DNA of 62,769 bases, counting the filler, from Welwitschia mirabilis (Eukaryota), in assembly GCA_051453625.1 (NCBI GenBank). It is 6 parts of one record of this genome, joined end to end, with 100 filler letters (N's around TTAATTAATTAA, not from the genome) between each part and the next. Parts side by side here need not be neighbours in the genome. Positions count along the whole stretch, not along the records: positions 1 to 18,937 come from JBOZIK010000001.1; 5 more parts are not named here. One strand, 5' to 3'. Every line of letters begins with the position of its first letter. Within the stretch, counting starts at the first letter, position 1. A program made the position numbers and the translations under genes. Shown in pieces: positions 1-13,500 of the stretch. The notes beneath the pieces are model-generated. The model did not search any database, was not told the origin of the DNA, and saw only the letters and a program-made list of their open reading frames with translations.

Positions 1-212
1 AACTATGCTATAAAACATGTCAGTGCATCGCATATTTTACATCTAAATGTTTTAATGTAGTATAGGAAGTCTAAAAAGTCATTGAAAAACGAGACTCTTT
101 AGTGACTCTTTTTGACTCCCGAGTCTGTGCCGAGTCGGCTCCCGAGTCGGGCCGAGTCACGGGTTTTTCCCCCTAGCCGAGTCGGGTCGCGAGTCCGAGT
201 CTTGCAACAATG
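1..212. mobile_element. Right end of non-autonomous hAT-like element (GAGTC/GACTC-rich family), cut by window start
   Basis: Dense GAGTC/GACTC/CCGAGTC subterminal motifs ending GAGTCCGAGTCTTGCAACAATG, resembling the termini of the TSD-bounded copies at 16709-17904 and 22467-22739. Confidence 0.7.
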
Positions 213-1887
213 ATTAACTCAAGAATGGAACTAATAGTTTCCCAAACATTTTCGCTGTCTTCTTCGATGGCTTTTACAAATCTGACAATACTGTCAATCC
301 TATTTTCGTAAGTCTCTCTGAAATCTGGGACCATACCATAAATGTCATGTGAATTCCTATAGTGTTAAAATTGGGAAGACCAACTGGATAATACCTGATT
401 ATAAACTCATCCTTTTTTAAACTACTTATTAATGCATAGAAGGTGTTGTTATTACATTCTACAAGACTCACCATATAACCGTTGCTGAAAAGTGTTAAGA
501 CACAATTTAGATTCGTCATCAAATCAGACAATTGAATTTTTAAAGTAAAATGGTTAGGCTTTATTAGATTGTTAGTTTCATCCCTACTACTCTTAAAATG
601 CAGAATAGCCACAAAAGCTTTTTCGCACCCAAAAATCCAATTTGCAGGAATCGCTGAAATGGTGACCCGAAATTACACAAAATCGTGAAGTATTAAAAAT
701 CAAGAACTATGATAAAATATAACATTTTTCATATGGGTTTCATAGCCATGAAATTTTTAATGATAAATAAGCCCAAGAACAATATGAAAGTACCATTAAT
801 ACTTATGAGACTAGTAGGTATCAATTACCAACCAGTTTTTAAAGTATTTTAAAGAATATAAAGTAGTTAACACAATTGCATACAATTTTTAAAGTTTCAA
901 AAAAAAATATAAGAAGTCTTCCCAAAAATATCCATTTCATATGCAATATATTATAATAGATATTTGTACTCCACTACCATTAGCAAAAAGCATTCAACAT
1001 TATAACTATGATACAATTATCACAATCACCCATGTTCAAAATCTCAAAAATGTCCAAGTAGCTTAGATTCAATTAAATTTATAAGTTTTGATGTCAAAAC
1101 ATGTGTCTTTAGGTCCTTGGGGGCATAAACCAATATTATCAACATAAGATCAATTTAAAAAAGTGAGAGAAAACCAGTTGTTCCACTTTTAATAGATTGT
1201 TTTCTGCTAGAAGATTCCAAGACATCGAATCACCAGAGGTGTGATTCCAATGCAAATCGCCAAAACTGTGATTCCCAAATAATCATGCATTTGAAATGAT
1301 TCGGAGTGTTCTTTCTTTATTTTCTTTTTTTTTTTTTGGGAATTGTGACACCAATCTGCATTTCAAAAACTATGCTGATACTTATATAATGCTTTTTTCT
1401 ACGTGTTAAGGTTAGTGGAAAGACCTGTACTTTGAATCATATGCCAAGAAGCTCCAAAGACAATATACAAAGAAGTAGATTCAGTGGTATTTATTGAATG
1501 TGCAACAACAAGATTTCGTATTCTAGCTCCTTATCAGAGCATTTTTGCCAGAATTTGTGACATTAAATGTAAAATCTCCCTAGTTTCTATACTTCACCAT
1601 GAGTTTTGTAGAAAGTAGTGTTGCAGAAAATTCTTCAATGCACTTTGTTGTTCTAGAACACTACGTTTTTAGAAAGATGGTGTATTTTGTCAATAGGCTT
1701 GCAACAAGGTGTATCACAATTGCTTCTCATGAACATTACCTCCTTGTTTCTACAATTGTATTTTCTAAGGAGATAATTCACTTGATCAATGTTGAAATGT
1801 GTACATCCTCTTCAATTTCCAACATATAAAACTTAATATAAAGAGATTGTTTTTCGTTTACATTTTTGACAAAAAAGGTGTCTTTAA

Positions 1888-2264
1888 CAATGTTAACACC
1901 AAGACGAGTCCATCGGTCATGGACTCATCAGACTCACAAAACTCGCTACTATGATTATACTCTTCAATTCTTTATATCTTTTTTTATTTTATTAAGTTTT
2001 TAGCATACATAGTTCTCTTTTTCCATTAATTCATTAATATAATGTGTACCAACATTCGTGTACTATTTACAAATGCTCTATGTCTTATCTGAATGCATAA
2101 AAATTCCTTAATCTTTGAAAAATATATGNNNNNNNNNNAAACCCACACTCTTTTAGCCTTCTTGAGTTTGCACCGCGTTTTGCCGAGTCCACCGATTTTG
2201 GCTAATGAGTCCGAGTCCTCGAAGTCAAGTGTGCTTAGTGCTAAGTTTGAGTTTCACAACCATG
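1888..2264. mobile_element. Degenerate non-autonomous hAT/MITE copy
   Basis: Starts CAATGTT, ends GAGTTTCACAACCATG; flanks GTCTTTAA / GTGTTTGA (6/8 match, decayed 8-bp TSD); right part aligns with 17700-17904 and 27171-27364. Confidence 0.65.
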
Positions 2265-2662
2265 GTGTTTGAGTATCACCTTGAGTCTTTAAGCAATGCT
2301 TTTCAATTCAATCTTGGGAAGGGTTCCATCCCCTTTGCATGCAATAAAGGAGCCATGGCTTTTCATTTCTCCGTTCTATGAACCAAGTCAGCTATTGAAT
2401 TACATAGGAACACACAAAATGGTGATAACTCCCTTCCACATTTTGATCTCTTGGCTCAATGCATACCTAAGGCTTAAAAACTCAATTTTATCACATCACA
2501 AAGTAAGACCTAAAAATATATAGTTTAGATGCTCGATCCAATTCAAAGCACTAGAAACATACAAAGAACAAACCTGAAAAGACTCTTTTAAAAATAGTGT
2601 GAGCTTATTCATTCTTGAAAACAAGGCACTTCAACAAGCGTGTTAATGTTATGCTTCATTGC

Positions 2663-2784
2663 ATAGCCTCAACACTATGCTTTAATGCCAAAGCTATTAC
2701 ATAACCATAGACAAAACTTCAGGATAGCCTCAACACTATACTTTAATGCCAAAGCTCTTATACAACCAAAGACAAAACTGGAGA
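2663..2784. repeat. Two-copy tandem repeat, 61-bp unit
   Basis: ATAGCCTCAACACTATRCTTTAATGCCAAAGCT...AGACAAAACT starts at 2663 and again at 2724. Confidence 0.8.
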
Positions 2785-4899
2785 ATACCAAAGTCATCAT
2801 AGTAGAGTTTAGATATTGGTCTAAGACAATTACACTGTCCCATTACATGCAAAAATTAATTCAACAATGCACGAAACCATCTTGAGTCATGTCAATAGTT
2901 CAAGCATGTAAAGTAGTTGTCTTGATGAAGTGGCAATGATTTTCCTTCACTGTTAAACATCCATATCTATAAATTGAACAATATCCATGAGGATGCTACA
3001 ACATCATCACCGACACTTTGAAAAAGAAGTGTGTGGTCTAAGTTTGATCTTTTAAGCTTTTTCAAACAAATCGTGTTTTATCCATCTCACTGTTAGGATC
3101 TAAAACACCCTAGACGTGGGCTGAATAGGGTTTTTCTAAGATTAAACTTAAAAAAACTTAAACCAATTTAAGCTACTAAACTAAGAACCAATATTGAACA
3201 CAAGGAACAAGAAATGTGCACCACAGATTCATAGTGGTTTCGCAATCCAGCTTACTCCACTCTCAGGGGGCAGCAACAGCCGTTAGCCTCTTGGTTCCCT
3301 CAGCACTAAATCAATACTTACACCTTTGATTAACCCTTCTAACCAAGCGTTTCCTTGATCAAAGCAAAACACCTTGCTCAATCGTTATAGTAGGTTTTCA
3401 ATCACCCCTTTTCACCAAGGGTTCCTAAGGCTACAAACAAAACACCTTGCTCACCTCTAAGATGGTTTAATTAACAATAGCCTGATGGAAGGTGTGCCTT
3501 CTTTTTGCACACCACATTAGCATGCAATACAATTGAATCTCAGAGAAATAGTACACTAAGAAGGAGTAGGGAGAGAAAGTTTCTATTCAGATAGATTTCC
3601 ATAGTGTACATCTTACTCTATAGTTTAAATCCGAACTTTATATAGGTGGAAGAAGATAGCAATTGAAGAATAGAGGTGGAAGGCAACCATTCTGGACCTT
3701 TGTGACACCAATGCATGTCTATTAATTAATAGAGGTAGATGTGCTTCGAATTCCTTCTGATTTGACATGATTTAATTCTAAGTTTTCAGCCAAGATTCAC
3801 TTTGCTCCATGCCCCAGATGTCCTAATAAATTTCCCAACATCCCAACATCTTTTAAGCTGTCTCCAAAAAAATCCAAGACATCCCACTCTAAAATCCAGA
3901 TGTCCCAGCTCCAATTCAATGTTAAGCCTAGACAACCCAGACCTCCCACCAAAAACATAGGACGTCTAGGTCCCAATCCGCCTATTTGCATGGCAGATAA
4001 AAACTCAAATGTATTACAGAAACACTAGGATGTCCCCATCAACTGGACCTAGTTTCTTCAATGATGAACCTTAGAGGCTTTCAATGGATAGATTATGAGC
4101 GACGATAGGAGTCCTCACATCATTCTTTGATCTTCTTGTGTTGGATATACACTTCACCATGTTCGTCATTGAAACTAGAACTTGATGAGTTGATGACAAC
4201 CTTTTACGTGTATTGCAAAGGAAAGAACTAGAACTTGATGACTTGATTGCTTTGTTGCCATACATTTGTGCTCTCACAAGCATAAAATGCCTTCAAAGAC
4301 TGATAATCACAGGCATCAGTTGCTTTCACAACCCCTATTTGTGCTTTAAGTTCCAATGATATCTTGTAGAAGTAGGGCAACAACCAAATATCCCATACTG
4401 TAGCACACAATTAGCCTCCATAAAAAATCTTACTCTTTTAATCGATCACTATATTAAAGTATCAGGCATGTGACTCAAGCTTATCCTAAAAACTAATATT
4501 GCATACAAGAAGTTGACATTGCCTATTAAAAAACATACTACTAATTACCATTGAGCATTAGCAAGCATTTGCAAACTTTTAAAAAATTTGTACTTAAGAG
4601 CTAAACTGCCTATCTATTCTCCCCCTTTGTCATCATGGAAATATAACTAGGCCTAGGAATAGAGCATCAGATCTAAGTAGGAAGAACATGAATTGAAAAT
4701 CATTACAAAGACATCAAAAGCATTGATTCAAAAAACATTAACAAACCATTGTATTCCTATCATAATGTGCCATGCCATGATATAAATTGGAGTTCATTAA
4801 ACCATAGTTTAGTAACTCAGCAATACAAAAGATCCAAGAGATAAGAAAGAGTTAAGGCAATAAGGTAAGATGAGACATGGGTAAGACGAAGGATTAGGG

Positions 4900-5922
4900 A
4901 GAAAATGGGGCTGCAACTAGTTCTTATGCATTCTCTAAACTCAGTGATATAGCAAACGTATGTGCAGCTAAAACAAAAACCAGCTTGTTAATCTTTTTCT
5001 AAATCCTGTTCAGAGTTTGCAAGATTGCTTCATTTGTATCAGTGGCATTGCTTGACCCTTCTTTTGGATGCCTCCTTTTGGCAGGAACTCAAGGAAGCAT
5101 TGGATGTCTCTCATTTGAGAATATGTTCATCTTTTTAAGTGACAACACAGTCAGTGGTTTTGGAATCTTGACCAACTCTTCATTTTTTTTCCATTTGAGC
5201 ACCATGATCTTCTAATAAAGTTATAATTAATCCACCAAACAAAAGGTTGGTGTTGGTGGCAACAAATAATTATTCAATACAATACACAATATATTAACTA
5301 AAACTAATGTGAATTACTTCTCGTAGACAGTACATTATGTAAGCACATAGTGGTAAAACTTCATCTTTGTGTCCCAATTTTGGAATAAAATTATGAGTAC
5401 AAATTTGAAAAATAACTCAATAGAGTGGCTTTAGTTGATTTGTGGGTATATTGGAACTCCAATCAATATTTTACCAAATAACTTCACTATTAGGGTGTCT
5501 TTAGGTACCAAGTGTTCTAACGAAGTTATTGAATTTATGGTAGTAGAAGGTCCTTCCTTTGGAAACCCAGTTGGGTCTGAAATATCATCTAGGGTAATCT
5601 CAATATCTTCACTATAAACCTTAAATGTCAACTTCCTATCAAAAACATGATATGTGCCACTACACAAGCATACCATTTTGGTTGAAATCTTTGTATCTAG
5701 TTCTAAGGTGTAAGTAAATTGAAGCTCCTCACATTTGTGAAAAATCCTAGCCTTGTGCCTAAATGGCTCATAATCAATCTTTATCTCTAGTGCCATTGGC
5801 CTTCTTGAGAATGAAGTTGTCCAATATCTTCTATGGTCATCTGAGACAAAACAACTTGCTTTTGAGGATGTTACTTGTTCTTTCCTTTTTAACTGTGTAG
5901 CTAGCTTTGGTCTCACCATCAT
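4900..5922 (-). pseudogene. Extra post-pol ORF of SIRE-like element (putative plant transposon protein / Transposase_32-like), disrupted
   Basis: MVRPK start; downstream of the tracked ORF translates NFIPKLGHKDEVLPLCAYIMYC...LLFGGLII, homologous to the ORF at 16055; stops and frameshifts; 3' end approximate. Confidence 0.6.
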
Positions 5923-6554
5923 AAGTAAGCACACCCCAAAGTATAACAAAGACTATTGTGGAAGAACTTGAAACTGTTGGAGAAAAGCTTGACAGTGTTA
6001 ATGAAGGGCAAAAATCACTAGTGAAATGGCTTATAGAAGGTTGGAACGAAACAAACGGCACTAGAAAAGCATAGTGGGTGAAAGGGACTAGAAAGGGCTT
6101 TTAAAAAATAAAAAACAACATTAACCAAGGGGAAGATCCACTTGCCAAAAAGAGGGGTAGGATGTCTGAGGTCCTTGAGTGGGACGCCTGGCTTACAATG
6201 TAGTCTTGAGTAGAGAGAAATGCACGATGGGATGTCTTGGGAAAACTGTGGGACATCCAACATTTGATAGCTTGGTGGAATGTCCAAATAAGAAGTAGGG
6301 ACATCTGACCTTTTAGCTTCCCACAAAAAGAACCTAAAACTTAGCTAGGACATTGAGAATTGACAGCTAGAACTTCCTGGCAAATAACGAATTTGACATT
6401 AGAGGAGATTATCCAGTAATAAGGAAGGATGGGACGTCCTAGAAAACTATCGGGACATCCTAGATGTTTTACTTAGCTAGTAAACTTGCAAAAGATGAAT
6501 TCCGATGTTGGCACAAGATTAATTTTCTAAGTATACAAGTGATACCTGTTGGGG

Positions 6555-6895
6555 TAGATGCCCCGATTCCCAGATTCTTCCTCAAGTATTCAAAACTCTC
6601 CTTGCTAAGAACCTTTGTCATTATATCTGCAATTTGATCGTTAACGGAGATATATCCTAATTCAACAGCTTTACCTCGTACTTGATCTCTGCTAAAATGA
6701 TGTCACATATCAATGTGTTTGATCCTTCCGTGTTGAATTGGATTTTATGTAATGTTAATGGCACTTGTATTGTCACAATACATCTTCATGGTGCCAACAC
6801 TCACTCAAAGTGGGTTACCATTTATTTCATCCACATGACTTGTGCAAAACAAGCTCCGACAACTATGTATTCGACCTCTATTGTTGATAATGATG
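6555..6895 (-). pseudogene. Ty1/copia RNase H
   Basis: SLSTIEVEYIVVGACFAQVMWM...YCDNTSAINI..NPIQHGRIKHID...DQIADIMTK. Confidence 0.85.
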
Positions 6896-6899
6896 TAGT

Positions 6900-7156
6900 G
6901 CCCAGTTCAGACAAGAAGTATCGAAGGGAGAAAATATTTCTTGGTAATGGTAGATGACTTTTCAAGATTCTGTTCAGTAGGATTTCTAGCTCTCAAAGAT
7001 GAATCTTTCGAGATGTTTGTGAAGATCGGGAAGAAAATTCAAGAGGAATTAGATGAGCCTATTAAAACCATCAAGTCTAATAGAGGAGGTGAATTTGACA
7101 ATGCTAAATTTGATGAGTTTTGTAGTTTTAATGGAATATCACATCAATATTCAGCC
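6900..7156 (+). pseudogene. Ty1/copia integrase core fragment
   Basis: GRKYFLVMVDDFSRF...IKSNRGGEFDN...FCSFNGISHQYSA, running into a 100-N gap. Confidence 0.85.
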
Positions 7157-7256
7157 NNNNNNNNNNNNNNNNNNNNNNNNNNNNNNNNNNNNNNNNNNNN
7201 NNNNNNNNNNNNNNNNNNNNNNNNNNNNNNNNNNNNNNNNNNNNNNNNNNNNNNNN

Positions 7257-7357
7257 GTTCATTGTTTAAGTTTCCAGATTTATAGTATTGCAAAAATTAG
7301 TAAGAAATTCATTAGAACCCTATTCACCCCCCCCAGGGTGATTGTACGATCCTAACA
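7257..7357 (+). repeat. 3' terminus of SIRE-like LTR
   Basis: CCCTATTCACCCCCCCCAGGGTG...GATCCTAACA; near reverse complement of 26966-27070. Confidence 0.8.
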
Positions 7358-8961
7358 TCGACTTCCTAATCTTTATGTCATTTCATCTCATTCTTTCTTT
7401 TTGTATTCCTTCCTGTGTTTATCTCAATTTTGTTTTGTACATTCAAATCTCAAAACTCTGTTGTAATTAAAAGTATAAAGAATACAATATTTTCTCTTTC
7501 CCTCATCTCAAATATTTGTGGGATATTTTTCTTGCTTACTTTCAATAATGACAAAGGGGTAGAAAACACTAGATTGACAGATTGGTATACTTAATTCAAT
7601 TACGAAATCAGGTTATAAAATATGCCTTCCAATTCTGAAATATTGCGCTTATCTCTTACAATTCTTAGGCTATGATGTATGCTTCTAATTTTGATAAAAC
7701 ACTACTGCACTAAACCTTTTGTAAGGACCTTCTGTTTGTTATCAATTCGTGCAGGTCACAGGCCAATCGACAAGTACAACTTCAGAGGGAGTAATCCACT
7801 CTCTCTCTTAACAAAGTTTTTAAAAAGGTTGTCATCATTAAAAAGGGGGAGATTATGGAAGAATCTATGGAAACATCCAAAGTTTCAATGATGTCTAAGT
7901 CTATGCATTGGCTTCACCAAAATCTTGAAAATCTAAAGTTCTGCCAATCGAGATGTCCAGCGTGTTATATGGGACGTCCAACCCTGTACGCGGTAAAATG
8001 TATGGGGACGTCCGAGCTCTGTTACCCAGACGTCTGCCCTTGTACGCGGGAAGCAAGTATGGGGACATTTGAGATTCCTATCGGCACGTCCGACACGATA
8101 TTCAGCCAAATCTATGGGGACGTCCGAGACTTGAAATGAGACATCCGAGATCTCTCTCAGTTTTGACAAGAATAACCGGGACACACCTCCGGCTCAGTGA
8201 ACACTGAAGCAGAAATATAGCCATTGTAGTAGCCAAAGTGATGCCTTTTGAAATCCAAACGGCTAGGGTTGTGTAATAAACGGCTAAGGCTTCAAATTTG
8301 AGGCTCTAACAGCTATCTTCTAACCCTTAGACTACAAAAAGCCAGATCCTCATGTTATAATGACTAATGCTCCAATAATTGTATGTACTAAACTCTTTAT
8401 GTACAATCTGAACTTCACCAAGATATCTATTGTATTTGGAGATCCTATTATCACTTATTGGTGTATTGTGCTGAAGGCACTCACACCATCAGATCTCTTG
8501 ATATCTGAAGTCTCTAGTGGCTCATTAAAGTGAGCTTGTGTTTCCCATGTCAAGGGATTGGTTTGTAAGCCTTGGAGAAGGGTGTTGTAATGTGTCCATG
8601 TTGTTGGGTGTTTTAAAGGAACCAGGATGCTAGAAGCACATTGCTGTCGATACCAATTGTAGGGGCTTTTACCATCACACCAAAAGCCATGACTTAGGTG
8701 GAAACTGGAACCTTTTATATTTACCCACTTGTCAATCTGGGCATGAGGAGCGCATAGCCAACAGCTGCCCCCTGTGAGTGGAGTAGGCAACGATTGCTGA
8801 ACCACGATAAATCTGGTGCACTTGTTATTTGCTTCCTTTGTGTGCTTCTCTATTTTATTTCTATTTCCGTTCAGATCTGAATTTCTGTTATTATAAAATA
8901 GTTTTAGAACACCCTATTCACCCTCCCTCCAGGGTGCCTTTTAATCCTAACTAATCCTACA
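7358..8961 (+). mobile_element. 3' UTR with multiple PPTs and 3' LTR (7854 to ~8961) of a SIRE-like element
   Basis: ATGACAAAGGGG near 7548; GTCATCATTAAAAAGGGGGAGAT PPT ending 7853; GGGACGTCC repeats in the LTR; terminus CCCTATTCACCCTCCCTCCAGGGTG...CCTAAC. Confidence 0.75.
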
Positions 8962-9003
8962 AAAGCTCAGATTAATGTTTACTCAAAAATTCCTAGACCT
9001 TTG

Positions 9004-9185
9004 TGTTAAGAATAACAACGAAAATAGCAAAAACCAAAAACAACACACCGCACAGGAATTTTACATGGAAACCAATGTGGGGAAAAACCACGGAAGCAAT
9101 GTAGAGCTCTCTTAAGATTTCGAATAGTCCAAGAACACAAGCCGTCCTTAATGGCCAGAGTGTTCAGAATGATCCTAGCTTAAAA
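9004..9185 (-). repeat. Truncated LTR related to the Tork-like copia LTRs
   Basis: TGTTAAG...TTTACATGGAAACCAATGTGGGGAAAAACCACGG...AGAGCTCT shared with 41109, 46270, 47147 and 55426. Confidence 0.7.
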
Positions 9186-10503
9186 CCACTGTTATGAGAT
9201 TCCTAGATGTTCATGATGTGTGCATGTCCAACATGCTCACCACCTTTTTTTCAAAACTAGCAAGTGGATGTTCTAGAGCTGGCAAACCTTTGTCTAGGTA
9301 AGTTGATTTTAATGGCGGACGTCCCCCCTTCGTTGTTTAGTTATCAAGTTATATCAGTTGCATGGGCGTCCTCACTCAATAAAGCCCAGACGTCCCCACT
9401 AGTCGTAGTCGAATTGTATGGGAGTGACTTGTTAACAGATGCAGATGTCCACACTTAAGCAGCTCGGACGTCCCCACTCCTTGCATGAAATCTCTCTGAT
9501 TTTGTCCTCGTAATAGGTGTAGTCGTCCCCTCTCCTCTCTGCCTTTTTGTATGAGGGACTACACCACTGACAGGTGCAGACGTTTCCACTCAAAGTATCC
9601 CAGATTTCCCCCTCTTGTCGGCCATATTGTACGAGCGACTACACCTCTGACAAGTACAGACCCCCCGCCCCCTTTCCTTTTTAAGGGCAGACATCCCCAC
9701 CATTAGAAGTGCAGACATCCCCACTCATTAAGGGCCAGAGTCCCTCCCGTCCTTCAAGTGCAGACATCCCACTCTTTTTGGGCAGACGTCTGCACTCCTG
9801 GACCACTGTAAAATGGTCGTTTTTGGTGGAACTCCCTACAATTTCAATAGTCATATTTTGACGCAATCTTTAAGGCTGATTCGGTGAAGGATGTTTCTTG
9901 GGGCTATGCCCAGATTGGTAGTGAAATAAATGAAATCTGAAATCAAGGTCTCTTGAATATTACAGTCTGTTTTCTTCTAACAGCTATCTATTGTTCTCTA
10001 TAAAAGAAAGAAAGCTCCTCATTTGTTGCTAATGTTCTTTTATCGACAATGACCCTAATTTGGATATCATCTAGTGAAGGAACCAACATTTAGTGATTTA
10101 TCTATGCAGCAATCATCTTATGATATCTATGCTTAAGGCACGTTGTTTCTTCCTTTTCTAACTATGGTTGAGTCTAAGCCAAGAAAAGGCTCTGTGTTGT
10201 ACTAGGTTGATGATAAGCCTAAAATCATCTATGTTGTAAAAGGATTGATGATCAACCATAAATCATCTATTGATGAGATTGAAAGGAACCAGGGAAGGAA
10301 AATCATTTCTCTCTCCCTGAAGAGTGGAGTAAGGTAGATTGTCAAACCACTATATAATTATTGTGTCCTGATCGTTTCTTCTTTCATTGTTTTTCTTTCG
10401 TAAATTATCATTCATGTAAAGTAAATTAAAGTAGTTGAGGGCCCAAATGTTTTTATCAAATTTTATTAACAAACCTATTCACCCCTCGTCTAGGATTTTC
10501 AAT

Positions 10504-10515
10504 TGGTATTAGAGT
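10504..10515 (+). promoter_or_regulatory. Primer-binding site, initiator tRNA-Met (degenerate)
   Basis: TGGTATTAGAGT vs consensus TGGTATCAGAGC, 2 nt after the LTR-terminal CA. Confidence 0.8.
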
Positions 10516-10557
10516 GAAGTTACTCTTAATAGAGTTTTACCACTCTAAGTTGATCAA

Positions 10558-13500
10558 ATGGGACCAAATTTCAACAAACGACACTCAATCTCAAGACCTC
10601 CTTTCTTTAATGGATGCAACTACTCTTTTTGGAAAACAAAAACGATCATTTTTATGAAATCCCTTGATTTGAATATTTGGGATAGTGTGGTGTGTGGCTA
10701 TTCGGAACATGTTATTCCTTTGGCAAGTTGCACTAATGAACAGCAGGAGGAAGCAAGACTCAATGCTAAAGCAACGAATGCACTCATATGTGCACTCAAC
10801 CCTGAATATTACAGTCGGGTGGTAAAGTGCCCATCGGCAAAAGAAATCTAGGACACTCTTGAAATTGCACATGAAGGTACGAGTATAGTTGAAAATTCTA
10901 AATTGCAATTTCTAACCACTCAATTTGAAAATATTAGGATGGAAGAACAAGAGTCTATTACTAAGTATACAACCAAGATAACCGACATTGTAAACATAAT
11001 GTGGGGACTTCGTGAAAAAGTTCCTGAAGAAGGGTTGTAAGGAAAATCTTGAGAAGTTTGCCCAAACGTTTTCGACCAAAGATCACTGCCATGGAGGAAA
11101 GCAAAATCTTGATGCCATGAGCTTGGAAGAGCTGAAAAGATCTCTAATTGCTTACGAGGCTACTATTCTGGAAGAGAAAACACTTAAAGCCAAAAATATC
11201 TTTTTGAAATGTTCTAGTCAAGGCAAAGAAGGTTCAAATAATGAAGAAGATGATGAGGATCTAGCCTTGTTAGCTAGGAACTTCAGAAAATTTAGGAGAA
11301 AGCAAAAATAGTCTACGAGATCAGGACCAAATACAAGTGAAGATCAGGTAGAGAAGAGAAACAACTACAAAAGCACCAACAATAACAAGAAACATTTGTA
11401 ATGCTTTGAGTGCAAAGGATTTAGACACAGTGTTGCTGAATGTGCCAACATAAGGAAAGCGAAAAGCAAAAGAAAGAAGGCCCTAAAAGCCACATGGTAG
11501 GATGATGAAGAATCTAAATCAAACACCTCCCAAAATGAAGAGGAGGATTGTAAAGTGTTGGCTATTGTTAAAGAACATGCTTTTATTGCTACCACAAAAG
11601 ACAAACATGCGATCGTAAATGACGAAAAGGTAAATGTCTAAATCATCTACAAGCATTGAAGATGCATATGAACAATTATACTTCCATTGTGAAGCTTTAG
11701 CATATAAAAACAAAGCATTAAAATTTAAAATATATTCTTTACAATCAAAACTTAATCTAGCCAACCAAGAGTTGGATAGGACTATTGAAAATCTTGCAGG
11801 TGCAAACAAAATAATTTCAAACTTGACAAGAGACCTAGAGGTTGCAAGAGATCCTAGGTCATTCTCAAACACTCTCTCAAATAAGGTAAACTTTGGACAA
11901 AGAAGGTATGCATTCAATCACTTGTTTTAAACCTTTGAATGTATCTTTTTTTTACTATGGTTAATTAGGACATATTCGATTTTCTTGTCCTATCAGAAAA
12001 GGGATTTTTTTTCATCATAAGGCTAACAGGTTTCTATGGAGACCAAAGACAGTGAAAAATCAGCCTACTCTCAAACAATATGGATCAAAAAGGATACAAT
12101 CAAAGGTCTATTTGCTCAAACCGCCCTGAAAGCAAAGGAACATCCTAGATGGACTTTAGACAGCGGTTGTTCAAGACACATGACAGGTGATAAAGGTCGC
12201 TTTCATACTCTTGTTGATTATCATGGGGGTGAGGTGTCTTTTGGGGATAACAGAAAGGCAGCCATCAAAGATAAAGGGATGGTATTTGAATGCAATATAC
12301 ATAAAATTGATGATGTCTTATATGTTGATGGCTTAAAGCATAACCTTCTTAGTATTGCTCAAATGTGCGATAAAGGTAACCTAGTTGTTTTTGACAAAGA
12401 TAAATGTGTTGTTAAGAGCATTTCAAATAATAAAGTTTTGTTAGTTGCCTATAGATCAAGAAATTTGTATTCTATTGGAGGAAAATCTAATGACGAAAAA
12501 ATGTGTGGCTTCACTCAAGAAAGTGAAGAAAGGCTTTAGCATAGAAGAGTGGGGCACTCCAATGTTGCAAATCTAAGGACTATATCTCAAACGGAATTGG
12601 TAAGAGGATTGCCCAAACTCAACTTTACTAATTTTGAACCATGTAAGCATTGTCAGGCAAGGAAAATAGCAAATTCATCATTTAAACCGAAAATTGGTAT
12701 CTCCGCAAAAGAAGCATTAAACATTGCATTTAGATCTCGTGGGTCCTACAAAGATAACAAGCCTTGTAGGTAAGAAATATTTTATGGTAGTTGATGATGA
12801 TTTCACTAGATATACTTGGGTTGAATTTCTACAATCAAAATCTAATGTGTTTGACAAGTTTTGCAAACTTTGTAAGAAAATTCAAAATGAAAAATGACAT
12901 GTCATAAAAAGATTAGATCTGACCATGGAGGTGAGTTTGATAATGAAAGTTTCTTCACTTTTTGTGATAACTATGGCATAGTTCATCAATTTTCAGCTCC
13001 AAAAACACCACAATAGAATGGAGTGGCAAAACTAAAAAACAAAGTGTTAATAGAGATGGTAAGAACAATGCTTGCGGAGTACAATCTTCCAAGATGGTTT
13101 TGGGTTGAAGCAGTGAGTATCGCTTGCTACATATCCAACAGAATTTTCTTGAGGCCGATACTCATAGCACTCCTTATGAGCTTTGGAATGGTAGAAACCT
13201 ATGGTTAAATATTTTAAAGTTTTTGGAAGCAAATGCATTATTTTAAATGAAAAAGATCTAAGCAAATTTTAGCCTAAAGGTATGCATGGTATATTTCTTG
13301 GCTATTCATCAAAAAGTAAGGCCTATAAAGTTTTTAATTATGAATCAAATAAGGTTAAAGAAATAATTCATGTAAAATTTTAGAGACCAACAATGAAAGC
13401 AGAATTGACAAAGACGAAGAAGATGGCATCATCCAAACATGTGCTAATGATGCTCAAAGTAGTCACCAAGATGTCTCAAACAAAGACCTTGAAGAAGGAA

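Larger units (their letters stand above)
3091..6895 (-). mobile_element. 3' half of SIRE-like Ty1/copia element (RNase H, spacer, extra ORF, PPT region, 3' LTR)
   Basis: LTR terminus at 3091 reads ...CCCTATTCAGCCCACGTCTAGGGTG...CCTAACA on minus; PPT-like GATGACAAAGGGGGAGAA near 4620; copia RNase H at 6555-6895; LTR inner boundary (~4200) approximate. Confidence 0.75.

Noticed and set aside
274-612. 112-aa ORF as a host gene
   Set aside because: Non-ATG start, no recognisable motif, lies among repeat fragments
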